From positions 137,897-201,896 of the forward strand of contig CAVUHW010000015.1 of assembly GCA_963741205.1 (NCBI GenBank): 64,000 nt of DNA. The letters run 5' to 3'. The stretch is from Nitrospirota bacterium (lineage in GTDB: Bacteria; Nitrospirota; UBA9217). The notes beneath the pieces were generated by a model that did not search any database, had not been told where the DNA came from, and worked only from the letters and a program-made list of their open reading frames with translations. Of this stretch, positions 55,850 to 64,000 are shown piece after piece; position 1 is the first letter of the stretch, and each line of letters starts with the position of its first letter. A program made the position numbers and the translations under genes.

Positions 55850-57172
55850 ATGAAGAGACAGCGCGTTATCATCATGGGCGCCGCGGGAAGGGACTTTCAT
55901 AATTTCAACATGGTCTATCGGGACGACCCGGACTTCGAGGTCGTGGCCTTCACCGCCGCCCAGATACCCATGATCGGCGGAAGGCCCTATCCTCCCGAAC
56001 TTTCGGGCCCCCTCTATCCGCGCGGCATCCCCATCAGGCCTGAAGACGAGCTTCCGGACCTCATCAAAAAATACCGCGCGGACCAGGTAGTGTTTTCTTA
56101 CAGCGATGTGTCTCACGAATATGTCATGCACAAGGCCTCCCTCTGCATCGCCCTCGGCGCGGATTTCATCCTCCTCGGTCCTGAAAAGACCATGATTGAA
56201 TCATCCCGGCCGGTAATCTCGATCTGCGCTGTCCGGACAGGCGCAGGCAAAAGCGGCGTCACGAGATACATCGCGGGCGTGCTCAAGGGGGCCGGGAGAA
56301 AACCGGTCGCCATCAGGCACCCCATGCCTTATACCGACCTGGTCAAAAACAGGGTGCAGAGGTACGGCAGCGTGAGCGACGTGCGGGCCTGCGGCTGCAC
56401 GATCGAGGAGAGGGAGGAATATGAACCGCTGGTAGGCGCCGGGGTGGTCGTCTATGCCGGCGTGGACTATAAGGCCATAGTCGAACAGGCGGAGAGGGAG
56501 GCGGACATCCTGCTCTGGGACGGGGGCAATAACGACCTGCCGTTCATCCGGCCGGGTCTTGAGGTGGTCGTCCTTGATCCCCTTCGGGCGGGGCATGAGC
56601 TTTTATATCATCCGGGCGAGGCCAATCTCCGCAGGGCCGGCATTGCCGTGATCAACAAGGTCAATACCGCCGGCACGGAAGCAGTGGCGGAAGTAGAAGG
56701 GAACATCCGGAAGCTCAACCCGAAGGCAAGGATAGTCCACACGGCCTCCCGGGTCCATGTTGACGGCCCCGGGAGGATACGGGGAAAGCGTGTGCTCGTC
56801 GTAGAGGACGGCCCCACGCTCACTCACGGCGGCATGGCCTACGGGGCAGGGGTCATAGCTGCTCGGGAAGCCGGAGCTGCGGAGCTTATGGACCCGAGGC
56901 CCTATGCGATAGGCTCGATACGGGAAACCTTCAAGGAGTATCCTCACATCGGGAAACTCCTTCCTGCCATGGGCTACTCGGACCTGCAGATGAGGGAACT
57001 CAAGGAGACCATCGAGTCTACACCCTGCGAGCTTGTGCTGATCGCGACGCCTGTGGACCTGCAGGAGCTTTTGAAACTCAAAAAGGAGACCATACGGGTC
57101 ACGTATGACATAGAGGAGACCGAGGGCGCTCCGCTGAAGAACGCGATCGAGGAATTCATTCTGAAAAGGTGA
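55850..57172 (+). CDS. COG2403 P-loop ligase (cDPG-synthetase-like; candidate arginine synthetase ArcE)
   Basis: IMGAAGRDFHNFN, AVRTGAGKS, RHPMPY, TIEEREEYE, WDGGNND, VEDGPTLTHG; adjacent to carbamate kinase. Confidence 0.8.
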   Translation: MKRQRVIIMGAAGRDFHNFNMVYRDDPDFEVVAFTAAQIPMIGGRPYPPELSGPLYPRGIPIRPEDELPDLIKKYRADQVVFSYSDVSHEYVMHKASLCIALGADFILLGPEKTMIESSRPVISICAVRTGAGKSGVTRYIAGVLKGAGRKPVAIRHPMPYTDLVKNRVQRYGSVSDVRACGCTIEEREEYEPLVGAGVVVYAGVDYKAIVEQAEREADILLWDGGNNDLPFIRPGLEVVVLDPLRAGHELLYHPGEANLRRAGIAVINKVNTAGTEAVAEVEGNIRKLNPKARIVHTASRVHVDGPGRIRGKRVLVVEDGPTLTHGGMAYGAGVIAAREAGAAELMDPRPYAIGSIRETFKEYPHIGKLLPAMGYSDLQMRELKETIESTPCELVLIATPVDLQELLKLKKETIRVTYDIEETEGAPLKNAIEEFILKR

Positions 57173-57181
57173 CTACTCAGG

Positions 57182-57317
57182 TCGTCATTCCCGCCCCTGC
57201 TTCAATCATGCTGGGGCAGGCTCCAGCGGGAATCCATCGGCTTTTCTAAGGGGCTAAATTCAAAATGGATTCGTCCCCGAATGAATCTATCGGGGATAGA
57301 ACCATTCGGGAATGACA
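57182..57317. repeat. GTCATTCCC-type REP doublet with nested inserts
   Basis: GTCATTCCCGC[insert]GCGGGAATCCA ... TGGATTC[insert]GATAGAACCATTCGGGAATGAC. Confidence 0.75.
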
Positions 57318-57362
57318 AGCGTGTTTGGTGCGGGCCTGCGCAGCAGTTACTTGAAAAGCGCT

Positions 57363-58305
57363 ATGGAAAACAAGATCACCATAATCACCCTGGGCGGCAA
57401 CGCCATCATCCGGCGCGGCGAGAAGGGCACCGTGGAGGAGCAGTTCGCCCATGCCGACGCCTGCATGGCCGAGGTCGCGAAGATGCTCGCGGCGGGGCGC
57501 AGGGTGATCATAACCCACGGCAACGGGCCGATCGTGGGCAATATCGTCATCAGGAACGAGTGCGCGAGAAATACCATTCCCCCTATGCCGCTTTTCATGA
57601 ACGACGCCGACTCGGAAGGGGGCATCGGGTTCATGATCCAGCAGACCCTGTATAACAGCATGCGGAAGGTCCGGTTGATCCGGGACGTGGCCACGATCAT
57701 CACCCAGGTGGTCGTCGATGAGGACGATCCGGCTTTTTTGAACCCGACGAAGCCCATCGGCCCCTACTACCGCGAAGACGAGGCGGAGGCCCTGCGGAAG
57801 GAGAAAGGATGGGCGATGGTCAAGGTGACAGGCGGTTATCGCAGGGTCGTGCCATCGCCGAGGCCGGTGCGGATCATCGAAAAGGACGTCATCAAGAGGC
57901 TCGCCCTCGAAGGCGTCGTGGTGATAGCCGCGGGCGGGGGCGGCGTGCCCGTCGTGGAGAGCCGCCGAGGGGACGCTTCGGGGCATTGACGCCGTGGTCG
58001 ACAAGGACCTTTCAACCTCCGCCCTCGCGAGAGAGACAGGGGCGGAAAGCATCATCAATCTGACGGAGGTGGACAGGGTCTATCTCAACTTCGGCCAGGC
58101 GGGACAGAAGGGCCTTCACGAGGTCGGCCTCGCGGAAATGAAGCGCTACTACGCGGAAGGGCATTTCCCCGCGGGGAGCATGGGCCCGAAGATAGAGGCC
58201 GCGATCGAGTTTCTCGAGGCGGGAGGCAAGGAGGTCGTCATTACGAGGCCCGAGCTCATGGCAGCGGCCCTCAAGGGACAAGCGGGCACGAGGATAAGCG
58301 CCTGA
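57363..58305 (+). CDS. arcC: Carbamate kinase (frameshift near 57965)
   Basis: LGGNA, THGNGP, PTKPIGP, YRRVVPSP.P, GGGGVPV, VDKD, GSMGPK. Confidence 0.92.
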
Positions 58306-58359
58306 TGCGTTCTGCCGGAAACCGAGATCCACGCGGTTGTGTAAAAGTCGCCTTTTGAA

Positions 58360-58482
58360 CGTCATTCCCGAATGCTTCTATCGGGAATCCAGAGTTCTCA
58401 AAGATACATCCTGCACTCGCGCTTCCACACTCGAACTATTGGGTGTAGGCTGGGTCCCCGATAGAGTCATTCGGGGACGACG
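58360..58482. repeat. GTCATTCCC-type REP doublet with a 40-bp nested element
   Basis: CGTCATTCCCGAATGCTTCTATCGGGAATCCA ... TGGGTCCCCGATAGAGTCATTCGGGGACGACG. Confidence 0.8.
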
Positions 58483-58519
58483 AACTCAGGGGACTGCGTT
58501 ATTACATAATCGTTAATGG

Positions 58520-58660
58520 GAACCTGATGAGATGAAGGAAGATATCGTGCGCGATCTCCACGATGTTATTGTATCCCTGTGTACAAGACTATACGGCAAG
58601 CGCTCGGCAAAGAACCGGGCCAAACGCGCAGTTGAGGCCGCCACCGGAGTCAAAGAATGA
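58520..58660 (+). pseudogene. C-terminal remnant of IS607-family serine transposase TnpA
   Basis: EDIVRDLHDVIVSLCTRLYGKRSAKNRAKRAV matches the IS607 TnpA C-terminal helix motif; stop overlaps the tnpB ATG (ATGA). Confidence 0.75.
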
Positions 58661-60195
58661 GGGAGCATCGTACCTACCAGTGCCGCATCGCCGCGGACAG
58701 CGGCACCGATGCCGCTCTTACGGCCTATGCAGCGCTTTACAGCAAGGCGGAGAGAACGCTTTTTGCCAGGCTGCGGGCTGGCGGCGATCTCAAGGATCTT
58801 AAACGGGAATTCATACCGAAGTTCGGGATAACCGCCAGGCAGTTTAATGCAACGTCAGCGGAGCTTCAGGGCAAGATCGCATCAATTAAGGAGCGAAGGA
58901 CCGGACTAATTCAGGAGATGGAGAAAAGGATCGGGAAGGCGAAGAACGTGCTTTCCGAAATCACCGATCCCGCCAAGAGGCATCAGAAAAAGCGTCGTAT
59001 CGCAAACCTGGTCACCCGGCTCGATCAACTCAAAGCCGATAAAGAGGCAGACAATGTCCGCCTCTGCTTTGGAAGCAGGAAGCTGTTCAGATCACAATTT
59101 AGACTTAAGGCAAATGAATACGTTTCCCGTATCGACTGGAAGAAGGACTGGCAGCAGGCCCGGAGCAGTCAGTTCTTTGTAATCGGATCAAAGGACGAGA
59201 CGGCGGGATGTCAGGGTTGTGTTGCCACTGCGCAGAAAAGCGGCAGTATTTCACTCAAGCTTCGGATGCCGAATGCTCTGGCGGGGGAGGGCAAATACCT
59301 GGATATTCCTGGGCTCCGTTTCAGCCACGGCCATAATGCTGTAGTTGCCGCCATTGGCAGAAGATTGTCCGATGATAGGTCCCAATGGCAGGCGATCAAC
59401 TACCGCTTCGTGAAAGACGCCAAGGGATGGCGGGTGTTCGTCACGGCGTCTCTGCCTGAAATCCCCTGTGTCTCGCAAAAAGGCATCGGGGTGGTCGGCA
59501 TCGACATAAACGCCGACCATCTGGCTGTTACCGAGACGGACAGATTCGGCAACCCGGCGGGGTATTTCACGATTCCCTGCGTTACCTACGGTAAGACCTC
59601 GAAGCAGCGGCTTGCCGTAATCGGTGATGCCGTAAAGCAAGTCGTTGAATTCGCGTTCCTGAAACAAAAACCGCTTGTCATCGAGAAGCTGAATTTTGCC
59701 GCAAAGAAGGCGGCCCTTGAGAAAGAATCCCGTAAATATGCACGGATGCTGTCCTCGTTCGCGTATACCGGGATTCAGACAATCTTAAGGGCCAGGGCGT
59801 TCGATTCCGGGATAGAGGTTCATGAGATCAACGCCGCGTATACGTCGGTAATCGGAAGATTCAAGTTCAGCGCCCGGTACGGGATATCTGTGCATCACAG
59901 CGCGGCGCTCGTAATCGGACGGAGGTTCATGGGACTTCGGGAGACGCTACCAAATCAGCTTCACGGCACCCTGCCGCTATCCGTGAGAAATCGCGGCAAG
60001 CATGTGTGGAGCAAGTGGGCGGCCGTCTCTAGAATCTCTCAAGCAGCGCTTGCAGCGCACGGACGGTCCCGTATTCGTCGGGATCCTCGCCGTCACCTGG
60101 ACTCCCCGCAGGGATCCAAGGCACGGCTTGCGACCACACCGTCTGTCGCCGGTGGAATTCCGGCGGGCGAATCGTCACCAGCACTGTTCGGGTGA
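58657..60195 (+). CDS. tnpB: TnpB-family RNA-guided nuclease-like protein (IS607-associated, no Zn finger)
   Basis: RuvC-I GIDINADH, RuvC-II IEKLNF, AYTS, RuvC-III region SVHHSAALVIGRR. Confidence 0.88.
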   Translation: MREHRTYQCRIAADSGTDAALTAYAALYSKAERTLFARLRAGGDLKDLKREFIPKFGITARQFNATSAELQGKIASIKERRTGLIQEMEKRIGKAKNVLSEITDPAKRHQKKRRIANLVTRLDQLKADKEADNVRLCFGSRKLFRSQFRLKANEYVSRIDWKKDWQQARSSQFFVIGSKDETAGCQGCVATAQKSGSISLKLRMPNALAGEGKYLDIPGLRFSHGHNAVVAAIGRRLSDDRSQWQAINYRFVKDAKGWRVFVTASLPEIPCVSQKGIGVVGIDINADHLAVTETDRFGNPAGYFTIPCVTYGKTSKQRLAVIGDAVKQVVEFAFLKQKPLVIEKLNFAAKKAALEKESRKYARMLSSFAYTGIQTILRARAFDSGIEVHEINAAYTSVIGRFKFSARYGISVHHSAALVIGRRFMGLRETLPNQLHGTLPLSVRNRGKHVWSKWAAVSRISQAALAAHGRSRIRRDPRRHLDSPQGSKARLATTPSVAGGIPAGESSPALFG

Positions 60196-60258
60196 CGTTA
60201 TGGACACCAGGAATATTTGTCCATAGATTAAGGAACGGTTGACTTGCCCTTCGTTCCA
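60040..60258 (+). ncRNA. Predicted TnpB omega/reRNA scaffold plus guide (5' boundary uncertain)
   Basis: Hairpins 60147-60165, 60173-60197 and 60199-60225 overlapping the tnpB 3' end and preceding the inferred right end. Confidence 0.5.
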
Positions 60259-60267
60259 CGCTATTAT
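60239..60267 (+). promoter_or_regulatory. Putative sigma70 promoter of the ferritin-like gene
   Basis: TTGACT-17 bp-TATTAT. Confidence 0.6.
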
Positions 60268-60338
60268 TTCCTTCAGAAATCATCCGCAGTCCAATACCTG
60301 CGGGATCATTCTACTCATACGGAACAGGGGAGACCACG

Positions 60339-60815
60339 ATGAACAAGTATTCGATCGACGAAATCATGGAGATGGCGGTGCAGACGGAGGTGCTCGGCCA
60401 GCAGTTCTATACGGGGATGGCGGAGAAGTTCAAGAAGGACGACGGACTGGTAAAGCTCTTTACCGAGCTGGCGAGAAAGGAAAAGCAGCACGAGAAGACC
60501 TTCAAGGGCCTCAAGGATGAGGTCGCGAAGAGCGGCGCCGAGCCGGTCCAGTGGGAAGAGGTGAGCAATTACATGCGGGCCTTCGTCGAGTCCGAGTTCT
60601 TCCTCGGCAAGGGAAAATCCCTGCCGTCCCTGGACCACATCAGGACGGTGAACGACGCGGTGAAATTCGCGATCGGGTTCGAAAAAGAGACGCTGCTTTA
60701 TTTCATCGAGCTTCGGACGATGGTAAAGGAAAAAGAGGCCATCGACGAGGTCATCAACGAGGAGAAGAGCCACATCCGCTGGCTCGATACGTTCCGGGTG
60801 GGGTTGGCGAAGTAA
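60339..60815 (+). CDS. Ferritin-like/rubrerythrin-family protein
   Basis: E..G..FY, KEKQH, FEKETLLYF, EEKSH diiron pattern. Confidence 0.85.
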   Translation: MNKYSIDEIMEMAVQTEVLGQQFYTGMAEKFKKDDGLVKLFTELARKEKQHEKTFKGLKDEVAKSGAEPVQWEEVSNYMRAFVESEFFLGKGKSLPSLDHIRTVNDAVKFAIGFEKETLLYFIELRTMVKEKEAIDEVINEEKSHIRWLDTFRVGLAK

Positions 60816-60825
60816 GCACCGAACA

Positions 60826-60942
60826 CCAAATCCCAAATAAATTCCCAATACGAAATCACAAAATGATGTTCAAATCCGTTTGAAATTTTGGATCTTGGTT
60901 ATTGGTAATTATTTGGGATTTGCTGTTTGGGAGTTGGAATTT
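60826..60942. repeat. 7-bp periodic inverted repeat overlapping the deacetylase 3' end
   Basis: ACCAAAT CCCAAAT AAATTCC ... TTGGATC TTGGTTA TTGGTAA ... GGAGTT GGAATTT. Confidence 0.7.
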
Positions 60943-61650
60943 CCCCCTTCAGCATTTCCCCCACCGTCACCAGCGTAAATCCCTTCTTCCTGAGCCCCTC
61001 GATGATCCGGGGCAAGACCTCCGCGGTGTGTACGCCTTTACGGTTCATGTGAAAGACAATAATGCTGCCGCCCTTCGCGTCGCGCAGAACAACGCGCACG
61101 ATTCTTTCCGGCGAGAGCAAGGGGTCGGGATCGCCCGAAGCGATGTCGTACTGTATGGTCGTGAGCCCCATAGATTTCGCCAGTGTCGCCACCCGCTCGT
61201 CCGCCTCGCCGTAGGGCGGCCGGAAATACTGCGGCGTCCTGCCGGTGACCTTTTTGATGATCGCCTGGGTCCTTCTCAGCTCCCGGAGGACGCGGCTGTC
61301 GTCCTTTTCCAGCAGGTGGGGGTGATAGAAACTATGCTCCCCGAGCTCGAACTGCGGAATCGTGGCCAGGAACTTCGCCTTATCGGGGTTTTTCTCCACC
61401 CATCGTCCGCTCAAAAAAAGTGTGGCCGGCGCCTGTTCGTGAAGCAGGACGTCGATGACCTTCTCGTCATATTCGTCGGACAGGTCCGTGGGGCACGCGT
61501 CGAAGGTGAGGGCGATGCTGCGGGTCGTCCTCGGTGCCGTGCTCGATGATGAGGCCGTCGGTCGTTGCTGCGGGAAGAAGCGCGGGCGTACAGAGAAAGA
61601 GAAAAAAAAACAGAGGAGAGCATGGCGCGCTGAGGCTGTGTCCTTTTCAT
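60899..61650 (-). CDS. Polysaccharide deacetylase (NodB domain; frameshifts)
   Basis: IALTFDAC, HSFYHP, FRPPYG, GSIIVFH. Confidence 0.85.
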
Positions 61651-63012
61651 GACGACGGTTCCTCCACGCCGTACTTTTTCAGTTTGTCCTGCAGCGTCGA
61701 ACGGGCGATGCCGAGGACCCTTGCCGTGACCGACCGGTTGCCCTCGTGCGCGTCCAGCACGTCCAGGATGTAGTCCCGTTCCATTTCGTCCAGTCGCTGG
61801 ACGGTCCTGCGGGCTGTTTTCAAAGCGCCGTCTTCCGAGCTGAACGCGGACCGTCTGCCGGCGATCTCCGGCGGCAGCAGGTGGGCGTCCAGAAAAGCGT
61901 CCTGGGAAAGGACCATCGCGCGTTCTACGATGTTCTTCAGCTCCCGCACGATTCCCGGGCCACGCATAGCCTTTCAGGAGGTCCATGGCCGTGGAGCGTG
62001 AAGCCGCGGCTGTTTTTCTTCAGCTTGCCGTTGTAGAGGTTAACGAAGTGGTCGACGAGAAGCGGGACGTCGCTCATCCGATCACGCAGCGGGGGGATGT
62101 CTATCGGAAATACCTTGAGGCGGTAGTAGAGGTCCTCGCGGAAGCGCTTCTCGTCGACCGCCCGGGCGAGGTCCCTGTTGGTGGCCGCGATGACGCGAAC
62201 GTTCACCCGGATCTCGCGGGTGCCTCCGAGGCGCGTAAAGGTCCGCGTTTCCAGGACCCTCAGCAGTTTGGGCTGGACGGTCAAAGGCATCTCGCCGATC
62301 TCGTCGAGGAAGACCGTGCCGCCGTCGGCGACTTCCAAAAGCCCCGGCTTGCGTTCGCGGGCGTCCGTGAATGCGCCGCGTTCGTGGCCGAAGATTTCGC
62401 TCTCCAGGAGCGTCTCTGACAGCACCGCGCAGTTGATGTCGAGGAAGGGCCGTTCGCGGCGCGGGCTCCGCCGGTGGATCTCGCGGGCCACGAGCTCCTT
62501 GCCTGTCCCGCTCTCGCCCAAGAGGAGCGTCGTCGTATCGGCGTTCTCGGCCATCAGGTCGATCATGTGGCGGAGTTGGTGGGTCTCTGTTGAGGTCCCG
62601 ACGATAGGGTGGTCCATGCGCTGCTGGTAATAAACGTTCTCGATCCTAAGCTTTCTCGTCTCGGCGATCCGGTCCGTGAGCGTGGAAAGCTCGACGAGAT
62701 CGACCGGCTTGGTGAGATACTGTTCGGCGCCGAGTTTGACCGCTTCGACCGCGTTCCCGATGCTTCCCCATCCCGTCATGACGATGACGGATGACGGGCA
62801 TTGCCGGGCCTTGAGCCGCTTCAGGACCTCCATCCCGTCCATGTCCTGGAGCTTCATGTCCAGAAGGATGATGTCAGGGACGGTCTGGTCGGCAAGCTCG
62901 ACCCCCTTTTCACCGGTTTGCGCCACGGAGGCGTCCCAGCCGCTGGATTGGAAAAAATGCTGGAGCGCCATCGTTATGGTTTGTCGTCGTCAATAATCAG
63001 AATGCTTCGCAT
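61647..63012 (-). CDS. Sigma54-dependent response regulator (NtrC/AtoC family; frameshifts)
   Basis: Receiver domain, GESGTGKE, FGHERGAFTDA, FLDEIGE, AATNR, WPGN, Fis HTH. Confidence 0.9.
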
Positions 63013-63021
63013 AGGATTTCA

Positions 63022-64000
63022 TCAAAGCCCGTAATTTCCGAGTGCTTCGATCGGGGAGCCGGCGCCCTGTTTTTTACTAAGCACCGGCCTCTGCCCCCGC
63101 GGTAAGGGCAGCTTAACCGTTACGGCGGTGCCTTTGCCTTCTTCGCTCTCGATCATGATGTCCCCATCGTGGTCCTGGACGATTTTCTTGCAAATGGCAA
63201 GGCCGAGCCCGGTCCCTTTCGGTTTGGTCGTGAAGAAAAGATCGAAGATCTTGTCCAGATTCTGCTGCGGGATGCCGATGCCGGTATCCGCGATTTTAAC
63301 AACCAAGTAGCGGTCTTCGAGCTTCAGCCGGACCGTTATCTCGCCGCCGGGATGTGTGGCATCGATGGCGTTCCTGAGCAGATTCAGGAACACTTGCCGG
63401 ATCTGGGCGGAGTCGAGCATTGCCTTCATCCGCAACGAACGCGAATCGCCGCTGATCCGGATACCCCTTTGATCGAGCTCTCCGCGGTTCAGGCCGATCA
63501 CTTCCTCCCATATCTTCGCCAGGTCGCAGCGCTCCAGGGTGAGTTGCATCGGACGTCCGTACAGGAGGAGTTCCTCCACCATCTGATTCATCCGTTTCGT
63601 TTCCGCAGCAGCGCGCGGACCAGTTCCTGATGCTGGGGGGTCCACAAGCTCCCGCTCAAGGATCTGCCCGACCGAGCTGATCCCGAAGAGTGGGTTCCTG
63701 ATCTCATGAGCGACGCCCGCCACGACCTGGCCCATGGCCGCGAACCGCTCCCTGTTCAGGAGCTTGGCCTGTAGCTCCTTGAACTCCGATGATTCCCGAT
63801 AACTTCTTCGAGGCGGCCCGCCATGGCATTGAACGCCAGCGCCAGGTCCTCAAACTCGTCCCCGGTGGCAAGGATGATCGGGCGCGTAAAGTCGCCCCTG
63901 TCGAGGCGTCCAGCCCCTTCAGAGAGCGTTTTCAGCGGCCTCAACACCATTCTCCTGACTGCGAGATACAGGACCCCGCCGATCAGCGCAATAAGGGCAA
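63022..64000 (-). CDS. HAMP sensor histidine kinase (partial, frameshifts)
   Basis: HAMP, AHEIRNPL, NLLRNA, DTGIG, FFTTKPKGTGLGL. Confidence 0.88.

Larger units (their letters stand above)
58520..60238 (+). mobile_element. Truncated IS607-family element
   Basis: tnpA remnant plus tnpB plus 3' hairpins ending ...TTAAGGAACGG; no left end recognised. Confidence 0.7.

Noticed and set aside
58657-60340. TnpB as a type V CRISPR effector (Cas12n-like)
   Set aside because: No repeat-spacer array or cas genes nearby; an IS607 tnpA remnant is present instead.

Overview
GC-rich bacterial chromosomal window from an anaerobic sulfur-metabolising organism. Gene content and the split atp operon suggest Nitrospirota/Desulfobacterota, which is an inference. 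It carries an RRM-rpsU cluster with small basic ORFs, an adk-sat-aprBA-qmoABC-CBS-hppA sulfate-activation cluster, guaA, nadB, uvrA, the b'/b/delta/alpha/gamma/beta/epsilon ATP synthase genes, perR-fprA-rubredoxin, two phosphofructokinases, moaAC and a two-component system. Many long conserved genes have single-base frameshifts that look like long-read indel errors. The most notable observations are five. (1) A 3-kb integrase-free islet bounded by the guaA 3' end and a degenerate 60-bp copy of it, holding an RcoM-like PAS-LytTR gene, four AlgR-type direct repeats and a stand-alone CxxC-type Ni-CODH. (2) A COG2403 protein next to carbamate kinase, a candidate arginine synthetase (ArcE) pathway. 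(3) An orphaned IS607-type TnpB whose predicted guide is exactly a host sigma70 promoter. (4) A pervasive family of 7-9-bp periodic hairpin repeats, one of which sits in frame inside guaA. (5) REP-like palindromes with nested mini-insertions. All calls come from reading the sequence by eye; no database searches were run.
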